IMG/VR virus record: IMGVR_UViG_3300045988_110853
Location: 132,077 to 196,076 of that record
From: a virus
Direction: 5' to 3' (one strand)
DNA: 64,000 nucleotides
The notes beneath the pieces were generated by a model that was given only the letters and a program-made list of their open reading frames with translations, did not search any database and had not been told where the DNA came from. Made by a program: the position numbers and the translations under genes. This document shows, piece after piece, positions 34,139 to 43,607 of the stretch; positions within the stretch are counted from its first letter, which is position 1, and the number at the start of each line of letters is the position of its first letter.

Positions 34139-35923
34139 TTACCAATTCGCAACCCCGCCGATCAGCGGAAAAGTAGGTAAGGGCCAGACTTCCTCGTACC
34201 CTTTCATACGGCCTAATTCAAAAGATCGGTTCATAGTTTTTCTGAATGTTTCAAGCGCGGCATCGTCTTTAAGATACTTAATATTTGTGCCCCAGGTAGC
34301 CTTATAAAGAGGGGGAACCGCGGCATAAATATAACCTTTTTCAATTAGCTCAGGCGCAAATTTCCAAATAAATGTAAGGAACAAAATACGAATATGACTT
34401 CCATCAACATCAGCATCCGCAGTAATAATAATTTTACCATAACGTAATTTTGATTCATCAACGATTACTTTACCATCTTTAACTTCAAGACCAAAAGCAT
34501 CAATCATTGCGCTAATTTCTTTATTTCCTAATGCTTTGTGTAGATCTGTTTTCAAAGTATTAAGAATTTTACCTCTTACAGGTAAAACTGCTTGAGTATT
34601 GCGATTGCGAGCTTCCTTAGTGGGGCCTTCTGCGGAACGTCCCTCAACAATAAAAATTTCACATTCGCTTCTATTCTTACTATTGGCATCACTTAATGTG
34701 CCAGGTAGAATAGTTCTTTTTTTGGTATCAACCTTACGAACAGTTTCTTTAGCCTTTTTCGCCTTTTCACGAGCGGCGCGCGCCAACATTGCTTTATCTA
34801 CAATAGCTTTAGCATCTTTTGGATTATTATCAAGCCAAACTTTTAAGTCTTTTGAAACAAGACGTTGAACGATAGTTCTTGCTTCACTACTGGATAAAAC
34901 ATCTTTAGTTTGGCCGGAAAAAACTGGATCAGGCATAATAAATGAAAGAACAAGACTTAATCCTTCTTTAAGCTCCTCGCCTGTAATATTGGCGTCTTTT
35001 TCTTTTAAAAGGCCCTTATCACGAGCATATTCATTAATAGAAGTAGTAAGTGCTGTTCTAAAACCTGTCAAATGAGTTCCACCACTATTAGGAATTGAAT
35101 TAGTATAAAGCTTATAAGTATCGCTATAAGTATCATTATATTCCATAGCAATCTTTACACCAATTCTATCTTCAATATTTTCAGTATAAAAAATTGAAGT
35201 AAGAGAAGTTTTATTACTATTTAAATCTTTAATATAATCAAGAATACCATTTTTTGAAGTAATTTCTTCTTCTGGTTTATCAAGATAGGTAAAATGGAAT
35301 ACCATACCAGGAGAAAGATAAGCCAATTCTTGAATCTGTTTTCTTAAAGCATCATAATCAAGAATAATACCTTCTTTAAAAATGCTTTCATCTGGCAAAA
35401 ATTTAACCCAAGTTCCGGTTTCTTTGCCAGTCCATTTTTCTTCTTGATAATCTTTTAATTTTCCTTTTTCAAAAGATGCAACCGCATGCTTACCATCACG
35501 GAAAGATGCTACTTGAAAATAACGAGAAAGAGCATTTGTGGCTTTTGCACCAACACCATTCATACCGCCAGATGTGTTATATCCAGTTTTTCCATTACTA
35601 TCAAATTTTGCACCTGTATGAAGTTTAGTATAAACATTTACTAATGTTTCACTACCGTCTTTTGCTTTTCCAAAAGGAACACCACGTCCATTGTCGCGGA
35701 TTTCAACATAACCATCTTTAGATACTGAGATATCACAACGAGTGCAATGTCCGTTTAAATATTCATCAACAGCATTTGAAATAATTTCAAGAGTAATATG
35801 TCTAACTCCATCGGGTCCAGTAGAACCAATATACATACCTGGTCTAAGGCGAATGGCTTCTATACCTTCAAGAGTTTTAATATCTTTTACTCCATAAGAA
35901 TCTAAATTAATTGTCGTTGCCAT
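34139..35923 (-). CDS. Type II DNA topoisomerase large subunit (GyrB-like ATPase plus TOPRIM; T4 gp39-like), lacking the extreme C-terminal tail that sits at 32969..33181.
   Basis: GHKL ATPase motif (RHITLEIISNAVDEY), TOPRIM (CEIFIVEGRSAEG), and DADVDGSHIRILFLTF...PPLYK. Ends ...RMKGYEEVWPLPTFPLIGGVANW at TAA 34139, just where GyrB proteins continue with KG-LGEMNPEQLW. Confidence 0.85.
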   Translation of the reverse strand: MATTINLDSYGVKDIKTLEGIEAIRLRPGMYIGSTGPDGVRHITLEIISNAVDEYLNGHCTRCDISVSKDGYVEIRDNGRGVPFGKAKDGSETLVNVYTKLHTGAKFDSNGKTGYNTSGGMNGVGAKATNALSRYFQVASFRDGKHAVASFEKGKLKDYQEEKWTGKETGTWVKFLPDESIFKEGIILDYDALRKQIQELAYLSPGMVFHFTYLDKPEEEITSKNGILDYIKDLNSNKTSLTSIFYTENIEDRIGVKIAMEYNDTYSDTYKLYTNSIPNSGGTHLTGFRTALTTSINEYARDKGLLKEKDANITGEELKEGLSLVLSFIMPDPVFSGQTKDVLSSSEARTIVQRLVSKDLKVWLDNNPKDAKAIVDKAMLARAAREKAKKAKETVRKVDTKKRTILPGTLSDANSKNRSECEIFIVEGRSAEGPTKEARNRNTQAVLPVRGKILNTLKTDLHKALGNKEISAMIDAFGLEVKDGKVIVDESKLRYGKIIITADADVDGSHIRILFLTFIWKFAPELIEKGYIYAAVPPLYKATWGTNIKYLKDDAALETFRKTMNRSFELGRMKGYEEVWPLPTFPLIGGVANW

Positions 35924-36530
35924 TAGATTCCTCCTTAACTTTAGGAATAATTTGATTTAATTTATAATCATAAGCTAAATCATTATATAACTTTTTTAAA
36001 TATTTTTTGTTAAGTAATTCTTCAATAGGAGTTCCATTTTTCCATCTAAGAAAAATTACATTAACAAAAGATTTAACAACTGGGTGCATCAAAACTTCTT
36101 CGCGCTTTTTGAGCCACCAATTTAATTCACTTTCCGCATTAAATTTATCTTTCATATATGCGGCTCCCGCACCCAAATAATCACAAAGAAGTTCAACTGT
36201 ATCTTCATAAGGCATTAACAACGCTTTTGGATGACCTTCTCCACCATTTTTAATATCATCAATCCAATATTCCCAATGGTGAGTATTATGGCCTTTATGA
36301 TGTTGCCATGCTCTACTAAATCCATTTACATCTTTACAATTATCAATTGGAGAACGATTACCAGTCCAATAATGAGCGGATTCAATAAATTCAATAGGAG
36401 TAAACTTGGATAAGTCATGCTTAATACCACGCCAAGGGATACCAGCCATTTTACAATATTTAAATACATATTTTTTATGTGTCAGAACAGTATTTAAATG
36501 ATTAATATAATTACTCATATTTTTCTCCAA
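35907..36530 (-). CDS. Hypothetical His-rich protein conserved in phages (207 aa).
   Basis: Track ORF; H...HH..H cluster. Confidence 0.35.
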   Translation of the reverse strand: MEKNMSNYINHLNTVLTHKKYVFKYCKMAGIPWRGIKHDLSKFTPIEFIESAHYWTGNRSPIDNCKDVNGFSRAWQHHKGHNTHHWEYWIDDIKNGGEGHPKALLMPYEDTVELLCDYLGAGAAYMKDKFNAESELNWWLKKREEVLMHPVVKSFVNVIFLRWKNGTPIEELLNKKYLKKLYNDLAYDYKLNQIIPKVKEESNGNDN

Positions 36531-36690
36531 TAATATATTTTTTTTATTTTATAAATATATTATAACAAAAATATTTTAGAAAGTCAAAAAATCGTGGCTT
36601 AAAATGCCGATTTAAATAAAATTTGACAGAGATAAAAAATTTTTTGTATAATATATTTAAGAGAAACGCCCAGAGATATAAATAAAAAAA

Positions 36691-36720
36691 TTGGATAGTA
36701 TATTAAAATATACTATCCAA
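36691..36720 (-). terminator. Hairpin terminator.
   Basis: ttggatagtatatt / aatatactatccaa. Confidence 0.55.
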
Positions 36721-36727
36721 TTTTATA

Positions 36728-37123
36728 TTAAATTCCATAATCAGTGTTTATAGGTTCACTGTTATCACTATAATCATCTTCAGAATAATAATTCATAGAA
36801 GTAGTTTCAACATCACTTACATTTGGAATATTACCAAGTTCTTTTTTATAATTATTATAAGCTTCATCAAGTTCTTTCATAACTGAAGCATACTTAACGC
36901 CATCTTTAGTATTTTCAGCCATTGATTTTTTATAATAATAAACTTGGCTTACGCCATATGCCGCCCAAGGAAGACTTGCGCTTGCGGTAAGCCAGGGTAA
37001 AGAACCCATATATCCATTAAAAATACAATAAAATGCTAAAACAATATATGCTAATGTTGAAATCCAAATTAAGGCAGATTCTTGAATTAATAGAGTTTTA
37101 GAAAATTCTCTTTTTTGTTTCAT
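36728..37123 (-). CDS. Holin-like membrane protein (two TM segments), immediately downstream of the endolysin.
   Basis: TM segments LIWISTLAYIVLAFYCIF and LPWLTASASLPWAAYGV; position next to the lysin. Confidence 0.4.
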   Translation of the reverse strand: MKQKREFSKTLLIQESALIWISTLAYIVLAFYCIFNGYMGSLPWLTASASLPWAAYGVSQVYYYKKSMAENTKDGVKYASVMKELDEAYNNYKKELGNIPNVSDVETTSMNYYSEDDYSDNSEPINTDYGI

Positions 37124-37124
37124 A

Positions 37125-38426
37125 TTACACCAATCCTTTATCTTTCATAATTCTATAAAGAACTACAATCATTTCTTCACGAGTCATAAATTTTTTATAC
37201 ATTTTACGATTTAAATTATCGCCTTTAATATATCCTTTGCTTTCAGCCCAAGTTCTTTCCGTATCAGACCAAGAACTTGCATTTTTTTCAGCTTGTTGAT
37301 TTAAATAAACTTCCATCATTTCATTAAATTTATCCTGAGTCATATCTTCATCCTCCTCATTAATATTTATATTATCACCAATTTTTTGTTTAAATAATTG
37401 CCATTGGTAATCGCCACTTGTTTTATAATAACTATTCATATCACTTCCGCACATTGGGCGAGGACATAGTTTTCCAGTCACGTCATAGTGGCGAATAACG
37501 CGATCCGCAGGTATATTATATTTCTACATTAATTGCTTTACTAATTGTACTGTATTTTCTATTGCTTTTGGATCAAAATACCAATCAGTATCACTAGCTA
37601 CAATATTAGATTTATTTATTTTACAAGGTCTCACTTCGATTCCAATAGAATTGGCATTTCTACATTCAGGATGCTTATATCCTTTTTTAGTGCCACAATG
37701 CCAAGCTATATCTTCATCTTTAACACTACGGTAAATAATATCTTTTTCATCAACACAATAATGAGCCGAAGATTTGGCTGCTGGATTTTTAAAATAATTA
37801 CTAATATTTTTTGCTGTCCCCAAAGATCCAAAATAATGTATAACAATATACTTTATTTTTCTATTATTACTTTTTTGATAATTAGTTGTTGTTAAATTAT
37901 CTACAATTTTCATATCTTCACCTTTTCCTATAAATTGATCGTATATTTCAACTCCATAATATAATCTCTACTACTGGACTTTTAAACTCTAATCTTTTGG
38001 TCGTTCAAACTAAGTTAAAACTATATTTGAAGCAGTCTATATATCTTTACAATTTATTAAAGTATTCCAAATGGTAGGATAATATGTAGAAAGTTGATAA
38101 ACTAAAAATTCAAGTTGAGTATTTAAATCTCCTATTGAAGTATTTTTCTTTTTTGTAAAATCATATAATTGTTTTTTAAGGCTCCAATAGGTCCATTGCG
38201 CTAAGCCATATCCAGCTTTGTCATAAATAAAATTAGTATATTTACCATTGTCTACTTGTTTTGTATACTATTCATCATTTAATCCAAGAGTCTTTTCAAA
38301 ACTATTTTGAAGATTTTTTGGGTTAAAATTTGATTCAGCTTTCAAGTTTCCCATTAATCCCGCGGTTCCGTAGGGATTTTTTATTTGCTTATATAAATAA
38401 TTCCAAATTATTTCAATATTAGTCAT
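37125..38426 (-). CDS. Multidomain endolysin, about 433 aa: an N-terminal lysozyme-like (tail-lysozyme-type) domain plus an amidase_2 (N-acetylmuramoyl-L-alanine amidase) domain plus a C-terminal domain. About 7 in-frame TAGs.
   Basis: GGAGG RBS and ATG 38424-38426. GLMGNLKAESNFNP...GYGLAQWTYW (lysozyme-like) continues in frame through TAGs into track ORF 37524..37913 (IVIHYFGS...AHYCVD, amidase_2), and through TAG 37524 into 37125..37481 (RVIRHYDVTGKLCPRPM). Confidence 0.6.
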
Positions 38427-38488
38427 ATTATCCTCCTTTCTATAAAATAAAAAAGAAAGAGAAGAAATAAATCTTCTCTTTCTTAAAA

Positions 38489-39751
38489 TTACATATGTTC
38501 GGCTATCGCTGCAATTTTAGAACGATGAATTTGTTTTAATTCAACTTCTCCATATACATCTGATCCTCTAAATATCTTAGAAGCACGACGCATACCGTTA
38601 TTAGCTCCTGCGAAAGCGATATCATCAACTTGAGTTTTATCATCGCCATCAATAATACAAATGCCATCTTCGCCAATACGCTGTAAAGTTAATTTCATAA
38701 GTGAAATATCCATATTTTGCGCTTCAGAAATATAAATACCTGCCTTCATTCCAGTAGTATCATAACCGCGGATATCACTTAATGGTAAAAGAACCAATTG
38801 TTCGTTTTCAATCATACGTTCTACAGCTAAACGTCCGCCAAATTTGCTAATTAAAAGATTACCGATTTGACTATCAAGTAATTTTTCATCACGAGTGCCG
38901 GGATAAAAACCTAATTTTGCTGAATTTTTAGTCGCAATTGTATTACAAAATACAATAATTTTATCAATGCGTCCGCGCTCAAACTGATTCATTAAAAAGG
39001 CTAAGCTTAAATAAGTTTTACCTGACCCTGCGGGGCCACGAACCATAGTAATAGTATTGTTAATAAGACTATCTGCGAATAAGGCTTGATATGGGTCATC
39101 TTTCATTGGTTTTACTTTTCCGAATTGAGTAGAATCAAAATTACCAAATGATATGGGTCGATATCCATCGCCTGTATAACATACTTTGTCAACAATATTA
39201 TTATTTTTGTCTTTTATAATTAAATATTCATTAATATGTAAATTATAAATATTTTCATACTGATTAGAATAAAAATCGGCCATTTCCGGGTCGGACATTG
39301 TGATTTCCACATATCCTTTATATTCATCAATTAATTCTTCATCTATACTTTGGATATGATTTTTATCAAAGAAAAGATTCGCCATTGCTTTTAATGATAA
39401 ATCATTAGTAATGAATATAGTATTTGGATGAGCTAATTTAAATTCAATAGCCGTAGATAAAATTTTACTATCATCAGTAATTGGAAGGTTAGAATCTTCA
39501 ATTATTTTTAATCCATCTAATTTAAATAGTTGGATAATATAATCATCAGGGTTTTCATTTAATTTATGTAATACTTTACGAGCTGAATATTTCACGTCAG
39601 CGTCTTTATTTGATGATGTTTTTATATTTTCTAATTCTTTTAAAGTAATAGAAGATATTACTGGCGTATATTCTTCCTCTTGGAGAAATGTGTCAACCGC
39701 CATCAGCAAACTACAAGTATCATAAAATTTATACATCTTCGTACTCATCAT
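38489..39751 (-). CDS. PIN-domain plus PhoH-like ATPase protein.
   Basis: N-terminal PIN-like region; Walker A GPAGSGKTYLSLAF; PhoH-like C-terminus. Confidence 0.65.
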   Translation of the reverse strand: MMSTKMYKFYDTCSLLMAVDTFLQEEEYTPVISSITLKELENIKTSSNKDADVKYSARKVLHKLNENPDDYIIQLFKLDGLKIIEDSNLPITDDSKILSTAIEFKLAHPNTIFITNDLSLKAMANLFFDKNHIQSIDEELIDEYKGYVEITMSDPEMADFYSNQYENIYNLHINEYLIIKDKNNNIVDKVCYTGDGYRPISFGNFDSTQFGKVKPMKDDPYQALFADSLINNTITMVRGPAGSGKTYLSLAFLMNQFERGRIDKIIVFCNTIATKNSAKLGFYPGTRDEKLLDSQIGNLLISKFGGRLAVERMIENEQLVLLPLSDIRGYDTTGMKAGIYISEAQNMDISLMKLTLQRIGEDGICIIDGDDKTQVDDIAFAGANNGMRRASKIFRGSDVYGEVELKQIHRSKIAAIAEHM

Positions 39752-40043
39752 CTTCTTCCTCTTCTATGTTTGGTATAGCAAATCCGACCGCGTGAACTGA
39801 AGTTTTTGTGTCAGTTGCTAATTTTTCGATTTGGGAATTATACTCTGCTATTTTTAAAGTTAATTTTCCCTTTACCAATTCGAGAAAAGTTGTCAATAAA
39901 CTAACTAAACTATCTCCTATTGGGTATAAAAATGCGATAAATATTATTCCGAATATAAATGTTAAAATAAATATTCACCCTTTCATTAGGGATTTGAAGA
40001 TTTTTACCTCTTAACATTTATAAAAATTTATATACTTTTATTT

Positions 40044-40481
40044 TTAGTTCTTGGCCTCATTACGATGCTTACGAATACCTTGGTAAAATTTATCTTTTTC
40101 TTTAATAATATATCTTAATTCTTTTTTAGAATTTTCAATAGAATCATTTACATAATTAATATCTTCTTGCTTCTGACGAATTTGTCTTTGAAGCATTTTA
40201 TTTTCATAAGATTTTGGATTGAAATGTTTGCTTCTATTTATTGAATAATATAGTTGATTTAATGCTCTAAGTTCAGTTTTTAATTCTTTTTTATATGTTT
40301 GTAAAACTTTTACATAAGCACGTCTATAAGCAAAATCACATCCAGTTTTTTCACTTGCCATATCCATATCATCTGGGTGGCATTTAGCAATACCATAAAT
40401 AATATTACCATTTTTATCTTCAATTAAACAAGAAGCTTCACCAGAATTAGGATCATAACTAAATAAAGGTTCTTTTTTCAA
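40044..40481 (-). CDS. Hypothetical protein (145 aa).
   Basis: Track ORF with its own promoter motif at about 40500-40550. Confidence 0.35.
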   Translation of the reverse strand: MKKEPLFSYDPNSGEASCLIEDKNGNIIYGIAKCHPDDMDMASEKTGCDFAYRRAYVKVLQTYKKELKTELRALNQLYYSINRSKHFNPKSYENKMLQRQIRQKQEDINYVNDSIENSKKELRYIIKEKDKFYQGIRKHRNEAKN

Positions 40482-40551
40482 AGTAGTAGAACTCCTTTCT
40501 ATCTATTTCTATAAATATATTAACATAAAAAATATTAAAAAGCAAAAAAAT

Positions 40552-40580
40552 AAAGGCGAAAGTATTATACTTTCGCCTTT
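40552..40580 (-). terminator. Hairpin terminator ending the rSAM operon.
   Basis: aaaggcgaaagta / tactttcgccttt. Confidence 0.55.
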
Positions 40581-40583
40581 ATT

Positions 40584-41876
40584 TTAATTTAATAATTCAT
40601 CTATCCATTCTTGCTTCATATTATTTGGAAATTCTTGATTTATATTATGTTTTTTATAATATTTATTCCAAAATTCAATATTAGCAAGAGCACGAGCTTT
40701 ATGCATAGGACAAATATAAGTAACTCTTTTGTTAAGAACGCCAGTTTCTTGATAATTATATGCTTGACACCAAGCACAGCCAGTAGCGATAGGACATTCA
40801 CGACATTCATCAGAAGATTGGTTGTAAGAATTAATTGCTTTCAATTCTTTTGTTAGTTGTTTTTGTTCTTCTGTTGTTGCTATTTCATTTTTATTTACAT
40901 TTCCTACAATAAGAGGAGGAACAGAATCTCCTAAAGCATCTTCCATATAGCGTAAACAAGGATATAAATTGCCTGTATAATTCATAGCAATCATAGCGCC
41001 ATTTCCGCCACACCAATTCTATAATTCATCTTTATTAGTCCAATCTTTTGGTCTAAATAATTTTGAATCTGGATATTCAAAAAATGAAATATATATATCT
41101 TCTTCTAAATTATTATCAAGAAGATATTGTCCTAATTCTTGTAATTGTTTATAATAGATTTTAGCGTGTTCTAAAGTCCAACCTTTTTCAAAAATTACAT
41201 TGCCTAATATAGAAGTAAATCCTATGTCTAAAAGAGCTTTTACCGCGTCATTTAAATACATAACATTATTAGGAGATAAGGTAATTTTTGAGCAAGGGTA
41301 TTCTCCAGTTTTTTCTTGCCAGTCTTTTATCGCTTTTACTACAATATCATAACTACCAGAGCCATCAGGAAATTTTCTACAAGCATCGTGTAATTCTTTA
41401 TTTCCATCAATACTAATAGAAACAGACAACCATTGTTTATATTTATCCAAAAATTTTTGTACTTTTGGATCAAAATATAACGTTCCATTAGTACAAATTA
41501 AAAATCTTGTAAAATAAATTAACGGACTGTTCATTTCAATTAATTTAGAAATAGTATAATCCATTATTTTATCTATTAAATCTATGTTTAAAAAGGGTTC
41601 TCCGCCAATAAAATCAAAAACTAATCCTATGATATTATCTGGGTCAAAATAATCATTTTTCTAAGGATTTACTATTAGCATATCAATATATTTTTTAGCT
41701 GTTTCAAAATCCATTAAATGATTTTTTTTACAAGTTTGATAACAATAACTGCATCTTAAATTACATGAATCAGTAACTTGTAAAGTTATATCAAAAATTT
41801 TGTCATTTTCTTTTTTCCATAATTCTGGATATAGTCTTTGAATTGTATCACTATACTATTCAAATTTACGTCTCAT
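40584..41876 (-). CDS. Radical SAM enzyme with a C-terminal SPASM domain (anSME/peptide-maturase-like), about 430 aa, with 3 in-frame TAGs.
   Basis: ATG 41874-41876 (ATGA overlap with the upstream gene). CNLRCSYCYQ (CxxxCxxC) lies upstream of track ORF 41019..41564. Same-frame track ORF 40584..40994 carries CRECPIATGCAWCQAYNY (SPASM). Confidence 0.7.
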
Positions 41877-42181
41877 TGAGCATCATCATTAATTGTTACT
41901 GTAATAGTTTTTGTAGAAAAATCAATACTCCAATAAGCATTATTGCCATATTTTTCTAAATCGTAATATTTTCCAACTTTATTTCTTATTTTATCATATT
42001 CAATAAATTTTTCAACATATTCTTGATGATATTTTTTATAATTTTCACTTTCTATATTATTAAAAGCAGTACTATTCATCATATATGTAATAATACTTTG
42101 ACGAGCGAGAAGATCTTGATAAGCTCGTTCTAATTTATCATTTAAATCTGTATTATTGGCATTTACTGTAATTGTTTTCAT
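41873..42181 (-). CDS. Hypothetical protein (102 aa) between the Cys-rich gene and the rSAM gene.
   Basis: Track ORF. Confidence 0.35.
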   Translation of the reverse strand: MKTITVNANNTDLNDKLERAYQDLLARQSIITYMMNSTAFNNIESENYKKYHQEYVEKFIEYDKIRNKVGKYYDLEKYGNNAYWSIDFSTKTITVTINDDAQ

Positions 42182-42207
42182 ATTTTTCTCCTTTTTATCT
42201 TTATAAA

Positions 42208-42912
42208 TTAACTCTTTAAAATTTTAGAATATAAAGTTTTTAAAGCAGTGATTGCTTTTTGCATTTCAGACTTTTTACAAGTATCTCCACTATAAGAAGT
42301 GGATTGCATTTTAGAAATATTTGTAAATATTTCATTTTTTAAAGTTGTATTAACTTTACTATTGGAAGAAACGTTTGTAGATAGAGTACTATAACCACGT
42401 CTAGATAATTCTTTGTTTAACATAGTATAAATATTAGCAACATCAGCCGCATATAAAACAATTCTTAAACTAATAGAATTATAAAGATTTACATTTGCCG
42501 AAGTAGAACAACCATTATCACAAGCTCCAGAACAATTGCCGGTGCAAGCAGAACAATCATTTCTACAACTAGCACTACATCCAGAGCATTGACCGGAACA
42601 GCTACCAGTACAGTCAGTACGACAGGCAGCACTACATCCAGAACAACCTCCAGAACAATCGCCAGTACAGTCAGTGCTACAGGAGCCACCACATCCAGAG
42701 CATTTTCCTTCACAATCGCCCGAACAGCTATTACTACAGGCTCCGCCACAGCCAGAGCAACTTCCATCACAGTCTCCTCTGCAACTTCCTTGACAAACAC
42801 TTGTTCCACAAGTTTCACATAGAGAACAATTTCCACCACATCCATGGTCGCATCCATTACTACAACTTACAAAACAAGATCCAACACATCCAGTTGTAGA
42901 ACAATTAGCCAT
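42208..42912 (-). CDS. Cysteine-rich repeat protein: about 45 Cys in C-S-G-x-C-type repeats over the N-terminal 135 aa, with a C-terminal 100-aa Cys-poor domain.
   Basis: Strong RBS AAGGAGG; repetitive GC-richer DNA at 42490-42900 encoding CSGC/CTGS repeats. Confidence 0.55.
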   Translation of the reverse strand: MANCSTTGCVGSCFVSCSNGCDHGCGGNCSLCETCGTSVCQGSCRGDCDGSCSGCGGACSNSCSGDCEGKCSGCGGSCSTDCTGDCSGGCSGCSAACRTDCTGSCSGQCSGCSASCRNDCSACTGNCSGACDNGCSTSANVNLYNSISLRIVLYAADVANIYTMLNKELSRRGYSTLSTNVSSNSKVNTTLKNEIFTNISKMQSTSYSGDTCKKSEMQKAITALKTLYSKILKS

Positions 42913-42926
42913 ACATTATGTCCTCC

Positions 42927-43388
42927 TTATGTTAAATTTTTTATAATATTTTCCAATTCATCTAATTTATTAAATAATTGATATTTAATAAATATACTGC
43001 TTAATAAAGAATAATATCTTAAAGAATTATTTTCTTTTATTTTGTAATTTTTAAAAAACTCTATATTATTTTCTTTTGTATCTGAATCTAATTTTACTTC
43101 TAAGAATAGATAATCAATAGCTGTTGAAACTTGAATATTATTTTTTAAATAATCAATTTTGTTAATAAAATCCTGTAATTTATTAATCTATTCTAAATTT
43201 CTAAGAATTTCAAAATTTTGAATATTATAAAAAATTATAGCAATAGTTTCTTGATTCTCCAGATCAGAAATTTCATTTAACTATGAAATTAATTCATTAT
43301 CGTTAAATAAAGTACCATCTTCTAATTCTTTAGAAACTTTAATTTTTAAAAGTAAAACATCTTTTTCGGATAGAGACATTTTATTCAT
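42927..43388 (-). CDS. Hypothetical protein (153 aa) with 2 in-frame TAGs.
   Basis: ATG 43386-43388; TAA 42927 sits immediately before the RBS of the Cys-rich gene. Confidence 0.3.
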
Positions 43389-43570
43389 CCTTTCTTTAAT
43401 ATAAATTATAGCAAAATTTTTTCAATTTCGCAAATTTTATTTACCTAATTTATTTATAAATGTTGGGTTTATTTTTAATGGAAAATGGCCTTTTAAGGAT
43501 TTTGCTGAAAAAATTTCTATGGGTGTGAATGATTGGAACTACGGCCGATCGCGTTAATTAGGGTAAAAAA

Positions 43571-43602
43571 ATAGACACTATGAAATAAATCATAGTGTCT
43601 AT
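43571..43602 (-). terminator. Hairpin terminator after the flotillin gene.
   Basis: atagacactatga / tcatagtgtctat. Confidence 0.55.
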
Positions 43603-43607
43603 TTAAA

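Noticed and set aside
42490-42900. Repetitive DNA that could be mistaken for a CRISPR array or tandem repeat.
   Set aside because: The repeats are in-frame coding repeats (CSGC/CTGS units) of the Cys-rich protein, with no regular spacer architecture; no cas genes anywhere in the window.
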